The position numbers and the translations under genes were made by a program. A DNA stretch of 54,641 bases, taken from the NCBI GenBank assembly GCA_035656415.1, contig DASRSM010000116.1, positions 1 to 54,641 of the forward strand. Direction: 5' to 3'. Positions 20,861 through 29,600 of this stretch are shown here, piece by piece. This DNA is from Vulcanimicrobiaceae bacterium (lineage in GTDB: Bacteria; Vulcanimicrobiota; Vulcanimicrobiia; Vulcanimicrobiales; Vulcanimicrobiaceae). The notes below the pieces were generated by a model, which was given only the letters and a program-made list of their open reading frames with translations, searched no databases and had not been told where the DNA came from. Positions within the stretch are counted from its first letter, which is position 1. Every line of letters starts with the position of its first letter.

Positions 20861-20898
20861 CAGAAAAAACCTGGGGATGGTGCGATTGCACCATCCCC
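20861..20898 (-). terminator. Rho-independent terminator downstream of rpiB
   Basis: Perfect 11-bp stem GGGGATGGTGC/GCACCATCCCC with a 4-nt loop (20873-20898). On the minus strand it is followed by AGGUUUUUUCUG. Confidence 0.75.
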
Positions 20899-20944
20899 AC
20901 TGCTTTGCGCAACGCCCTACTGACGGGCGGACGAAGACGTTGGA

Positions 20945-21379
20945 TTAGCGGTTTCGCACTTCGTCGATCATCGCGCGATAGGCGGGGTCTTTCGTCGGCG
21001 CGCCGGCGAACCACGCGTCGAGGATTTCCTCGCCGATTGCGGGAGCGGTCGCACGTAAGCTCAAGCACAGTACGTTGGCGTCGTTCCATTCGCGCGCACC
21101 CGCCGCCGTCGGAGCATCCGCGCACAGCGCCGCACGAACGCCTTCGACCTTGTTGGCAGCGATGCTCACGCCGGTGCCGGTCCAGCAGCAAAGCACGCCG
21201 TAATCGGCCTCCCTGCGCGCCACGGCTTCACCAACCTCGCGCGCGACGCTCGGCCACGCTCCTTGCGCGCCCGTGCCGAGCGCTCCGAAGCGGGTGACCG
21301 CGTGGCCGTGCCGGTCGAGCCAGCGTCCAAGCGCTTCGGGAAGTTCTCCCGGCATGTCGCTTCCGATCGCGATATTCAT
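20945..21379 (-). CDS. rpiB: ribose-5-phosphate isomerase B (RpiB/LacAB family)
   Basis: Track ORF 20945..21703. RpiB-like sequence begins at ATG 21379 (MNIAIGSD...GVLCCWTGTGVSIAANKV..). About 144 aa. Confidence 0.88.
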   Translation of the reverse strand: MNIAIGSDMPGELPEALGRWLDRHGHAVTRFGALGTGAQGAWPSVAREVGEAVARREADYGVLCCWTGTGVSIAANKVEGVRAALCADAPTAAGAREWNDANVLCLSLRATAPAIGEEILDAWFAGAPTKDPAYRAMIDEVRNR

Positions 21380-21413
21380 TCTGAAGGAGATTCGCGCCGC
21401 TGCGGACGCATCC

Positions 21414-21986
21414 ATGGAGATGAGCGCTCCCCGTTTGGCAGCGACCGTGATTCTCGCGCGTCCCTCCGCAGGCGGCTTCGAACTGTACATGACGCGGCGT
21501 TCGCCGGGCAGCGGATTCGCGCCCGACGCGTACGTTTTTCCCGGCGGCACCGTCGATCCGCAAGATGGCGAGATGCCCGAAGCGCTGCGCAACGCCGCGG
21601 CGCGCGAGCTCTTTGAAGAAGCCTGCGTGCGTTTGGATCCAGCGGCGCTGACGCCGTTTTCGCACTGGATCACGCCGCCGAGCGAACCGCGCCGGTACGA
21701 CACGCACTTCTTCTTCGCGCAAGCGCCGCCCGATCAAGTGGCGCGCGCCGACGCGTTCGAAACGCACGACGGTATTTGGATCTCACCGGCGCAGGCGCTG
21801 CAGCGCTACCGCGAACGCAGCTTGCACCTGGTGTATCCGACGATCAAACATCTCGAGCGTCTGCTCGCGTTTACGTCGGTCGGCGAAATCGCCGATTACG
21901 CGCGCGCGAAAGCGATTCACACGATTTGTCCGGACGACTCGGGCGATTCGTTTCGGATTCCGCCGGAGCTGGAGAACGCGTGGTAA
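21414..21986 (+). CDS. NUDIX hydrolase
   Basis: Track ORF from 21273. Likely start is ATG 21414. Nudix box variant ..EALRNAAARELFEEACV. Confidence 0.78.
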   Translation: MEMSAPRLAATVILARPSAGGFELYMTRRSPGSGFAPDAYVFPGGTVDPQDGEMPEALRNAAARELFEEACVRLDPAALTPFSHWITPPSEPRRYDTHFFFAQAPPDQVARADAFETHDGIWISPAQALQRYRERSLHLVYPTIKHLERLLAFTSVGEIADYARAKAIHTICPDDSGDSFRIPPELENAW

Positions 21987-22891
21987 CGCTCGTCCGCGCA
22001 CCTAATCCGTCGGCGATGACGCTGAGCGGTACGAACTCGTACCTCGTCGACTGCGGCGGCGGCGCGGCGCTCGCGATCGATCCGGGTCCGCCCATCCAAC
22101 GCCACGTCGAGGCGATCGCGCAAGCGGCGCAGGAGCGCGGCTTAACGATTCGCGCGATCGCACTCACGCACGGACATCCCGATCACGCACCGGCCGCGCG
22201 ACCGCTCGCAAAACTCACCGGCGCGCCGGTGTACGCGCATCCAAACGGCAGCGTGGATCGCGACGCGGATCTTCCGCTCGAGGGCGAGCTGCGCGTCGGC
22301 AACGCCGCGCTGCGCGTCATCGATTCACCCGGCCACACCTTCGATCATGTGGTTTTCTATCTGCCGCCGGAACGCGCGCTGTTTACCGGCGACGTGATCT
22401 TGGGCGAAGGCACGGTCGTCATCGCACCGCCGGGCGGAGCGATGCGCCCGTATCAATCGACCCTTCGTCGTCTCGCAAACGAGTTTCCCGACGCGCGCAC
22501 GATTTACGGCGGTCACGGTCCGGTCGTCGACGACGCGCGCGCGAAGATCGCCGAATATATCGAGCATCGCGAGATGCGCGAGCGCGAGTTGACGCAAGCG
22601 TTGGCTCGCAGCGAAAAAACGATTCCCGACCTCGTTCTCGAGATCTACGGCCAAGCGCGACCCGTGTTGTGGCCGGCGATGGCGCGCCAGATGCTGGCTT
22701 ACCTCATCGCGCTCGAGAGCGAAGGCCGCGTCGTATCGCGGCGGCTCGATCGCCCGATGACCGATCGCGAGCGTTGGATTCTCAATCCGCCCCTCGATGA
22801 GATCGTCGGAAGCGAGCAAGCCAAAGTCATTGCCGAAGAACTGGGAGCGCAGCTCACCGTGAACGACCTCGACGCGTATACGCTGCTTTGA
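21980..22891 (+). CDS. MBL-fold metallo-hydrolase (LACTB2-like, with C-terminal winged-helix-like extension)
   Basis: HxHxDH motif THGHPDH. Likely GTG start at 21980 overlapping the NUDIX stop; ATG 22016 is the alternative. Confidence 0.82.
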   Translation: MVTLVRAPNPSAMTLSGTNSYLVDCGGGAALAIDPGPPIQRHVEAIAQAAQERGLTIRAIALTHGHPDHAPAARPLAKLTGAPVYAHPNGSVDRDADLPLEGELRVGNAALRVIDSPGHTFDHVVFYLPPERALFTGDVILGEGTVVIAPPGGAMRPYQSTLRRLANEFPDARTIYGGHGPVVDDARAKIAEYIEHREMRERELTQALARSEKTIPDLVLEIYGQARPVLWPAMARQMLAYLIALESEGRVVSRRLDRPMTDRERWILNPPLDEIVGSEQAKVIAEELGAQLTVNDLDAYTLL

Positions 22892-24392
22892 CTTCGGAAA
22901 GCGCGCCGGCGCCGACGATGATGGCCATCACGAGCAGCGTCACCCAGCCGTAGTTGAACGCGGCGCGACCGCTCGTCAGCGCGCTCGGCCAAACGATATT
23001 GAGCAGCATGAGCAACAAGTAGAGCCCGCCCGCGATCGTTACCGGAACGCCCCACGCGCCAAGGGTAAAAACGCCGCTCGGTTTCCATCCGCGATTTCGC
23101 GCGATCAACGCCCCGAGCACCGTCAAGAAAAACGCCAGATAGATACCCGACGTCGCAAACGACACGAGCGCGTAAAGCGCGTTGACGTTGGCGGGGTAGT
23201 CGAACCACAGCACGCGTACCGGCTTGCTGGGATTGACCAGCACCAGCAGCAAGAAGAGGAACGGAATCACGGTGCCGACGAGAATCGCGTTCACCGGCGT
23301 TTGATGGCGCGGCGAAATGCTCGCGATCTGCTTGCTCAAGGGAAGTTCGCCGTCGCGCGCCAGCGCGAACGCGACGCGCGCACCCGCACCTTGCACCGCC
23401 GTCCCGCAGCTAAAAAACGCGACGATGACCATCACGAGGAAAAAGTTTTGCAGCCACGGCGGAAGCTGGGCGAGGATCGTGTTGATGCCGCCGCTGACGA
23501 CCGGCCCGATGCCGCCGTGCGGCGTGGCGAGCAGCAATCCGAGCACCAGTACGAACGACGCGATGCCGCCGTACAGCAGCGCGCTGCGCATCGCGCGCGG
23601 AACCTGGCGTTGCGCGTCCACGGTCTCTTCCGAAATGTCGCCCGCCGATTCGAATCCGTAAAAGATGTAGACGTTGGCGAGCACGGCGACCAGCGCGGCG
23701 CCGGTCCACCAGCTGCCGCCGAAATCGAGACCCATCGGATTGGTCTTGAGGTGCTCGACGCCTTGTGTCGTGAGGATAAATCCAAGGTGCTGATGGAACG
23801 CGAAAAACGCCAGCGCCAAAAAGACGCCGAAGGTTCCGATGGTTTCGACGTACACGCCGTACCGCGCGACGCGGCCCATGATCTTCGCGCCGACCGAGTT
23901 CAAAATGGCCGACAACACGATGAACCCGCCGGCGATGACGAAGATCGTCGCGTGATCGTCGGGCCTTACGTGCGTGTTGAACAGCACGTTGCACAACGCC
24001 GTGACGTAACCGACAGCTCCCGAATCCACCGACGCGACGGTCGCGAGCAGCGCGAAACCGTAAATCCAGCCGACGTACCAGCCGAATCGCGGCCCGACGT
24101 TGTACTTTCCGTATTGATAGAGCGCGCCCGAGAGCGGATACTCGCTGGCGAGCTCGCCGAACACGAGCGCGACCAGCAGCATGCATCCGACGACCACCGG
24201 GATCGTCCAGATGTAGCGCGGGCCGCCCGTCCCCAACCCCAGCGTGTAGAGCGAATAAATCCCCACCATAGGGCTGAGGTAACTGAACGCAACGGAGAAA
24301 TTGTCGAAGAGCGAGAGCACTCTCGACAGTTGCTGCTTATACCCGAGCGCCGCTAAGCGCTCGTCATCCCCGGTTACTTCCCGTCGGCCCAT
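22854..24392 (-). CDS. amino acid/polyamine (APC superfamily) permease
   Basis: Track ORF 22854..24545. Likely start is ATG 24392 (MGRREVTGDDERLAALGYKQQLSRVLSLFDNFSVAFSYLSP..). About 12 TM helices. Confidence 0.82.
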   Translation of the reverse strand: MGRREVTGDDERLAALGYKQQLSRVLSLFDNFSVAFSYLSPMVGIYSLYTLGLGTGGPRYIWTIPVVVGCMLLVALVFGELASEYPLSGALYQYGKYNVGPRFGWYVGWIYGFALLATVASVDSGAVGYVTALCNVLFNTHVRPDDHATIFVIAGGFIVLSAILNSVGAKIMGRVARYGVYVETIGTFGVFLALAFFAFHQHLGFILTTQGVEHLKTNPMGLDFGGSWWTGAALVAVLANVYIFYGFESAGDISEETVDAQRQVPRAMRSALLYGGIASFVLVLGLLLATPHGGIGPVVSGGINTILAQLPPWLQNFFLVMVIVAFFSCGTAVQGAGARVAFALARDGELPLSKQIASISPRHQTPVNAILVGTVIPFLFLLLVLVNPSKPVRVLWFDYPANVNALYALVSFATSGIYLAFFLTVLGALIARNRGWKPSGVFTLGAWGVPVTIAGGLYLLLMLLNIVWPSALTSGRAAFNYGWVTLLVMAIIVGAGALSEVKAAYTRRGRSR

Positions 24393-24826
24393 GCCCAGGC
24401 GGCGATGCGCCATCCGGACGACGATTTTTTCAAGACCAGCGTCCACACCGAATTGTTCTGCGTGACGGGCGCCCCTTTGTGCTCGTACGTATACGTAGTG
24501 GGAACGACGACGTAGGCTACGTCCCCGGTAACGTCGACGTGCCAAGGCGCGCCAAGCGTAACGTGCGATCCCGTGTCACCATCGCTTTTGTTAAATGCCT
24601 CGTAGGCACTCTCCCAGTCCGCACACGACATCCATGCGTGCGGCGGAAAGTCGTCGATAATGCCGGCCTGCGGCGCGCAGGCGGCCAACTCGCCCGTTAC
24701 GTCGTGCTTATTGAATGCATCGACGAACTTTTGGACGGTTCCCATCGGGCTCACCGGCGTCGCTCCAAGCGTAAACACTGCCAAAGCAAGGGCTGAAGCG
24801 AAGGCTCTCAAACGTAGCACGTTCAT
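24374..24826 (-). CDS. secreted SnoaL/NTF2-like (DUF4440-like) protein
   Basis: 150 aa with a signal peptide (MNVLRLRAFASALALAVFTLGA). KFVDAFNKHDV... is typical of the NTF2-like fold. Confidence 0.65.
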   Translation of the reverse strand: MNVLRLRAFASALALAVFTLGATPVSPMGTVQKFVDAFNKHDVTGELAACAPQAGIIDDFPPHAWMSCADWESAYEAFNKSDGDTGSHVTLGAPWHVDVTGDVAYVVVPTTYTYEHKGAPVTQNNSVWTLVLKKSSSGWRIAAWAWADGK

Positions 24827-25221
24827 GCGTCATCCTCCGAGGCTGGCAACCTACGTCACCTTGCTGCTGACGGCCTGCGAAGAATGCTAGCGCGACCATT
24901 ACGTTCTACGGCTATCCCGACAATACGCCGCCCGGAAAAGCGATCGCGCATCCGGTGATTCACCAGCGCGCCGGCGGTGACGGAACCTACTTTGACATGC
25001 TCCCCGGAATGAATCCCGAGGATTCTGCAACGCTCTTTCGAGCGAAGCGCTTCCTGCCCCGAGCCCGCCCGAATGAATCTTACGCGAGTTGCACGCAGCC
25101 GCCGATTCATCCAGGTCTCACATGCTCGTCTCTCCGGTTCGATTTACCAGAATCGCCCCCGCCCAAACGGCTCGTGCGAGGGTCAGTCGATGTCGAGGAC
25201 GATCTTTCCGAACTGATTTGA
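24825..25221 (+). pseudogene. probable frameshifted/decayed small lipoprotein gene
   Basis: ATG 24825 encodes MRHPPRLATYVTLLLTAC (lipobox), then EEC-stop at 24888-24890. The +1 frame is open from 24871 and reads ..NASATITFYGYPDNTPPGKAIAHPVIHQRAGGDGTYFD.., continuing as a poor-looking tail to 25221. Confidence 0.35.
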
Positions 25222-26199
25222 CGAGGCCATTCGCTGCGCGGCCGCAACGACGTCGTTCATCGCGAAAACTTGGTCGATTGCCGGACGCAGGTTGCCTTCT
25301 TCGAAAAGCTCGAGCATCGAGTCGAAATCCTGCGAACTGCCCATCGAGGTTCCCGCGATCGTCACGTGTTTCCAAAAGAGCGGAAATAACTTGATCGTCG
25401 CGTCGAGATTGGTACCGCCGTAAATGGCGATCCGTCCGCCGGGACGCACGGCGTCGATCGCTTTGGCGAGGGTATCGCCGCCCGACGAATCGACGACCAG
25501 ATCGATCGGCCCCTTCGATCGCAGCGTTTTGTGCCAATCGGGATCGGTGCGATAGTTCAAACCTTCGTCGGCGCCGAGCGCCTTCGCACGCTCCAGCTTT
25601 TCGTCGCTTCCCGACGTGACGATCGCGCGAGCACCCGCCTGCTTCGCAAAAAGCAAAACGAACGTCTGCACGCCGCCGCCGACGCCGGTTATCAGCACGG
25701 TCTGGCCGGCTTTGAGCTCGCCGCGGGTAAACGTTGCGCGGTATGCGGTCAGTCCGGCGAGCGGAATGGCCGCCGTTTCTTGCATCGACAGCCGTCGCGG
25801 TTTTGGATACACGTTGACGGCCGGCACCGCAACGTATTGCGCGAACGTTCCGGGGTGCGGCATCCCGACAATCGAGCTGGAACGTGCGTCCCACACGTGC
25901 GGATCGTCGCCCCATCCCAGCATCGGATCGATGACGACCGCGTCGCCTTCACGCAACTGCGAAACGCCGTCGCCGACGGCCGCTACTTCGCCGGCGCCGT
26001 CGGAGCCGAGAATCACGGGCAGTTCGATTTTCGGATACAGCCCTTGGGTGATAAATACGTCGCGCCGGTTGAACGCTGCGGCGCGCACGCGCACCACGAC
26101 CTCTCCGGGGGCCGGGTGCGGTACCGGAATCTCGTCGATTCGAAGGTTCTGCGGTCCGCCTATTTCGTGAAGGCGGACCGCACGCATCGTCTGAGTCAT
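25183..26199 (-). CDS. zinc-type alcohol dehydrogenase / quinone oxidoreductase (MDR superfamily)
   Basis: Track ORF 25183..26502. MDR sequence starts at ATG 26199 (MTQTMRAVRLHEIGGPQNLRIDEIPVPHPAPGEVVVRV..). Rossmann motif ITGVGGGVQ. Confidence 0.88.
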   Translation of the reverse strand: MTQTMRAVRLHEIGGPQNLRIDEIPVPHPAPGEVVVRVRAAAFNRRDVFITQGLYPKIELPVILGSDGAGEVAAVGDGVSQLREGDAVVIDPMLGWGDDPHVWDARSSSIVGMPHPGTFAQYVAVPAVNVYPKPRRLSMQETAAIPLAGLTAYRATFTRGELKAGQTVLITGVGGGVQTFVLLFAKQAGARAIVTSGSDEKLERAKALGADEGLNYRTDPDWHKTLRSKGPIDLVVDSSGGDTLAKAIDAVRPGGRIAIYGGTNLDATIKLFPLFWKHVTIAGTSMGSSQDFDSMLELFEEGNLRPAIDQVFAMNDVVAAAQRMASSNQFGKIVLDID

Positions 26200-28613
26200 T
26201 GACGCACCGTAACGATAAAGTGGAGTGCGGCGGGTTGCACGAAGAGTCGATCCGTCGCCAGCGGAGCGAGATACGTTCCCGTCCTCGAGGCATACAGTCC
26301 TTGGTAAGGCACGCCGGCTCCGTAGTACGTAAACGGTCCCGACACCGCGTTGAAAAGGTTCGTTCCGGCTACCGTGAGGTCGACGTTGCCCAACGATTTG
26401 CCGACCGCCGCATCTGCGAACGTATACGGTGCTTGCCCGAGAGGATTGTTCCGCCCGGTAAACGTGAAGGCCGTGGCTGCATGCCACCCCTTGGCCGCCC
26501 ACATCAGCGTCGCCGACGCCTGCTGCTGCGGTACGCCCAAAAACTGCTCGTACGGCACGAGATTACCGCCCGACGTCGGATTCGAGACGTTGGGTCCCAG
26601 CGAGTACGGAAACGCCACGTTCAATCCGTAGGCTAGCTGCATCGTGAGGTTTTGCTGCGGGAAACGCTGCTTGAACCGTACTTCGGCACCCTCGTAAACC
26701 GCGTTGCCGATGTTGATCGGAACCTCGTAGGCGAAGCCGTTGGGATCGTTGCACGAGTATCCCGGGTAAGAGTTCTCGATCGTATCGCGCAGATTCGAAC
26801 GGTAGAGCGATACGTCGAGATTCGACGAGCTCGAGAACAAGTGCGAGAAGCCCAGCTCGTACTCGGTCGCGTGCTCGGACTTTTCGTTTGGATTTCCTTG
26901 CCCGGCGACGACGCAGTTTGCGTCGGCCGGAGGCAGGCCGGGATTCGGCTGGACCTTGCCGCCGACGATCGTGGGCGGAAAGTAATACTGTTCGATGAGC
27001 AGCGGCGGACGGAAACCAGTTCCCGCCGAGGCGCGAACGACGTCCGCGTCGCCGAGATCGTAACTCGCCGCCAAGCGCCAGTCGAGGGAGCTCCCGAACG
27101 TGGTGTAGTTCGCGTCGTAAATGCTGCTCGACAAGCGCAGCCGGCCGAAACGCTGCGCGCCGCGCAGATAGTACGAGTGGATGCTATTGTAGAGCGTTCC
27201 GGCGATGCCCGCGCCGGTGAGCGATTCCTGGCGCGTGTACGCGCCGAACTGGAACTCGGCGTCGTCAAACGTCCGTCCCCACGACAGCGACTCGTCGTAC
27301 CGCTTGTCGGAGTGCGACACGTCGTACGGCGTAACGCCGGCGGACCCACCCGAGAAGTTCACGTCGTTGTCGGTTGCGAAGAAATCGGCAAGCAGCGATC
27401 CCGATCCCAGCACCGACCGCGAGTATGCGTCGTACGCGCGAATGTTCTGCGCGAAGAGGGCGCTGCCCGAGCCGACGTGCCAACCCAGTGCGGGATTGGA
27501 CACGTTGGTATTACCGCTCGGACAGGCCGGTGCCGCTGGGTCGGAGGGATCGCACGGCACGTACGCATTTCCGGCGATTCCGTTGAGCGCGCCGCTCTCG
27601 TCGCGGCTATCGCCCAGGTTGAAGATGCGAACGCCGGCGTCGGCGCGTTGTGAGAAATTGTAGTCGAGGTTGAGGACGCCGAGGCGCGACGACGTCCACG
27701 AGCCGAGGTGCGTGAGCGCCGGACAATTTGGCATTCCCGAACTGCTGCTCGACGCGCAAGAGACGGGCACGTTGTTTTGCGGGATCACGAATGCGTTTTG
27801 GTTCACTTGGCCGGACGATTGGTAATCGTCGCCTGCAACCGCGTATCCGAGTTTCCCGGCCGAACCAGTAGCATTGAGCCACGTTTGCGTGGTTCCGAAC
27901 GAACCGATCGATCCGGAAATCGCGGCATGCGGCTGTTGCGTAGGGCGCAGCGAAACGAAGTTCACTGCCCCTCCGAACGTATTGCTTCCCTCGCCGTCGA
28001 ACGGTCCGAGACCCTCGGTTACGCTGACGGCGCTGAACGCGGGCACCGCGAACTGCGAGAGATCGAGATCGCCCGTGTTTTGATCGTTGAGCAGATGACC
28101 GTCGAGCGTCACGAGCGCTTCGGACGGATCGGGGCCTCGCAACGATACGACGCTCGGCGCGGTCGGCGATCCCGAGTCGGGTCGCTGAATGATGACCGAC
28201 GGTACCTCTTGCAATGCGTCGGTAACGTTGGTGTATCCGAGCGCGTCCATTTGGGAACGCGAAACGTCGAACTCGGGAATCGCGTTGCGCACCAGCGCGT
28301 AACCGCCGTTGACGGTGACTTCGCCGATCGTGCGCAGCTTGGGAGAATCGTTGGGCTCGAGCACGATCTCGATACTCGAGTCGCGGTTGATGTCGCCGGT
28401 ATTAACGGTTACGGTTGCGTAACCGGTCGCACTCGCCGTGAGGTCGTAGCGGCCTGGAGGCAACGATACGGTAAAGGTCCCCTTCACGTCGCTCTGGATG
28501 CGAAGCGATTTGGGACCGGAGAAAAGCAGAGAAGCCTGGGCGACTGCCGCCCCGGCCGGCGTATGAACGCTGCCGGTAACGAGACAGCACGCCGCAACGA
28601 GCGCGTGTAGCAT
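26196..28613 (-). CDS. TonB-dependent receptor-like outer-membrane protein with N-terminal carboxypeptidase-regulatory-like domain
   Basis: Track ORF 26196..28850. Start is ATG 28613 (MLHALVAACCLVTGSVHTPAGAAVAQA signal). CarboxypepD_reg-like GTFTVSLPPGRYDLTASATGYATVTV. Plug-like ..DALQEVPSVIIQR... Long beta-barrel-type sequence. Confidence 0.8.
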   Translation of the reverse strand: MLHALVAACCLVTGSVHTPAGAAVAQASLLFSGPKSLRIQSDVKGTFTVSLPPGRYDLTASATGYATVTVNTGDINRDSSIEIVLEPNDSPKLRTIGEVTVNGGYALVRNAIPEFDVSRSQMDALGYTNVTDALQEVPSVIIQRPDSGSPTAPSVVSLRGPDPSEALVTLDGHLLNDQNTGDLDLSQFAVPAFSAVSVTEGLGPFDGEGSNTFGGAVNFVSLRPTQQPHAAISGSIGSFGTTQTWLNATGSAGKLGYAVAGDDYQSSGQVNQNAFVIPQNNVPVSCASSSSSGMPNCPALTHLGSWTSSRLGVLNLDYNFSQRADAGVRIFNLGDSRDESGALNGIAGNAYVPCDPSDPAAPACPSGNTNVSNPALGWHVGSGSALFAQNIRAYDAYSRSVLGSGSLLADFFATDNDVNFSGGSAGVTPYDVSHSDKRYDESLSWGRTFDDAEFQFGAYTRQESLTGAGIAGTLYNSIHSYYLRGAQRFGRLRLSSSIYDANYTTFGSSLDWRLAASYDLGDADVVRASAGTGFRPPLLIEQYYFPPTIVGGKVQPNPGLPPADANCVVAGQGNPNEKSEHATEYELGFSHLFSSSSNLDVSLYRSNLRDTIENSYPGYSCNDPNGFAYEVPINIGNAVYEGAEVRFKQRFPQQNLTMQLAYGLNVAFPYSLGPNVSNPTSGGNLVPYEQFLGVPQQQASATLMWAAKGWHAATAFTFTGRNNPLGQAPYTFADAAVGKSLGNVDLTVAGTNLFNAVSGPFTYYGAGVPYQGLYASRTGTYLAPLATDRLFVQPAALHFIVTVRQ

Positions 28614-29292
28614 GTAAATCCTCGTGTGCCGTTTGTGTGAGTTGAGAGGAGGAAACGGCAAACCGAGGGGGTCCGCGTTTTCCGCGCCGCATCGATGCGA
28701 TGCTGCGGCGGCGTATCGGAACGGTAGCGAAGGTACGAAGTTTCGCCGCCGACGGCGGCGCAGCGTAGATCTTGCAGATGATCGCGACGATTGCAGCGAT
28801 GATCCGATCGCGATGCGACAGCAGCCAGCGCACGAACGCAAACGTCGCAAGCGCGACGGTACCGGCGCAGACCGCTACTGTGATGAGTCCGAGAGTTACC
28901 GAGCCGCCGAATGCATCGTCAAGACCGGCCAGCTGCTGCCCGGCCAAAAGCGTATCGATCCATTCCATCGCCGGCACCGCCAGCGACGCGAACGCGACGG
29001 TTGCCAGGACGAATACGATGCCGAAGGACCAGCGAGGCGGATCCGGCGCGCGGACCCCCCGGAGCTCGGCCGCTTCGCAACACAGGCGGAAACCGCGGAG
29101 CGCGATCATTCCCGCAGCGGCGACTGCGATCGAGACGATGAGTTCGCGCGACCCGTGGCTGCTCACGTCGTCGAACGACGCGTGTGGAACCAAGTAGTCG
29201 GCGATGACGTCGATAACGACGTGTGCGAGCGCGGCGGACGCCGCAGCGGCGGCGACCACGAGCAAGACGAGCCAGCGGGGGAAGGCGCGCAC
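28402..29292 (-). CDS. hypothetical 4-TM membrane protein (C-terminal ~120 aa doubtful)
   Basis: 296-aa ORF. The first ~175 aa have clear TM helices. The basic tail runs through the TBDR leader and 212 nt into the TBDR coding region in another frame. Confidence 0.5.
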   Translation of the reverse strand: MRAFPRWLVLLVVAAAAASAALAHVVIDVIADYLVPHASFDDVSSHGSRELIVSIAVAAAGMIALRGFRLCCEAAELRGVRAPDPPRWSFGIVFVLATVAFASLAVPAMEWIDTLLAGQQLAGLDDAFGGSVTLGLITVAVCAGTVALATFAFVRWLLSHRDRIIAAIVAIICKIYAAPPSAAKLRTFATVPIRRRSIASMRRGKRGPPRFAVSSSQLTQTAHEDLHATRARCGVLSRYRQRSYAGRGGSRPGFSAFLRSQIASHPERREGDLYRIVASRPLRPHGECDRLRNRNR

Positions 29293-29348
29293 GAGAGCGC
29301 TATTCTGCAGAGGCCTGGGCTCCTCCGGTGCCGTACAACGTTCGGCCT

Positions 29349-29600
29349 ATGAATAAGAGAGCGGCCTTCGCGCGAGCGGTGCTTCGCGGTATGGCGCGAG
29401 TGCAAAAAAACTTCACGCTGCAAGTGGGTCCGCTGCGCGCTACCGGCGTGCCGGCGGTTCTGCTCGGCGTATCCGGAATCGTCCTCGCTTCCGGCGTTAC
29501 CGCGGCCCTATCCAAGGGAGCGACGCGCTTGCCCGAAACCTTGACTGAAGCGCGCGGGTTAATTGAGGCGATTAACGCCCGAGCGCGCTTGAACGCATGA
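29349..29600 (+). CDS. small hypothetical membrane protein
   Basis: Track ORF 29223..29600. ATG 29349 gives an 83-aa protein with one TM (VPAVLLGVSGIVLASGVTAAL). Its stop overlaps the bolA start (ATGA). Confidence 0.45.
   Translation: MNKRAAFARAVLRGMARVQKNFTLQVGPLRATGVPAVLLGVSGIVLASGVTAALSKGATRLPETLTEARGLIEAINARARLNA

Noticed and set aside
21379-22891. RpiB divergent from a NUDIX-MBL hydrolase pair, considered as a possible ADP-ribose to ribose-5-P salvage module.
   Set aside because: It is plausible biochemically but rests only on adjacency. NUDIX substrate specificity cannot be read from the sequence, so the idea is too weak to list as a finding.
25120-25160. A GGTTCGATT T-loop-like string (..tctccggttcgatttacc..), considered as a possible tRNA or tmRNA fragment.
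   Set aside because: There is no complementary T-stem and no acceptor or anticodon arms around it. It lies within the decayed ORF region.
28614-28800. A possible cobalamin or TPP riboswitch upstream of the TonB-dependent receptor gene.
   Set aside because: Reading the minus-strand leader, I found no B12-box (GCCACUG-like) and no CUGAGA/ACCUGAUCUGG cores. Only the short hairpin and anti-SD feature is reported separately.
28624-29352. A plus-strand ORF (242 aa) preceded by a strong GAGAGGAGGA SD-like string.
   Set aside because: The 'SD' is the complement of the CCUCCUC element in the TBDR leader. The translation is Arg-rich low complexity and lies antisense to the 4-TM gene.
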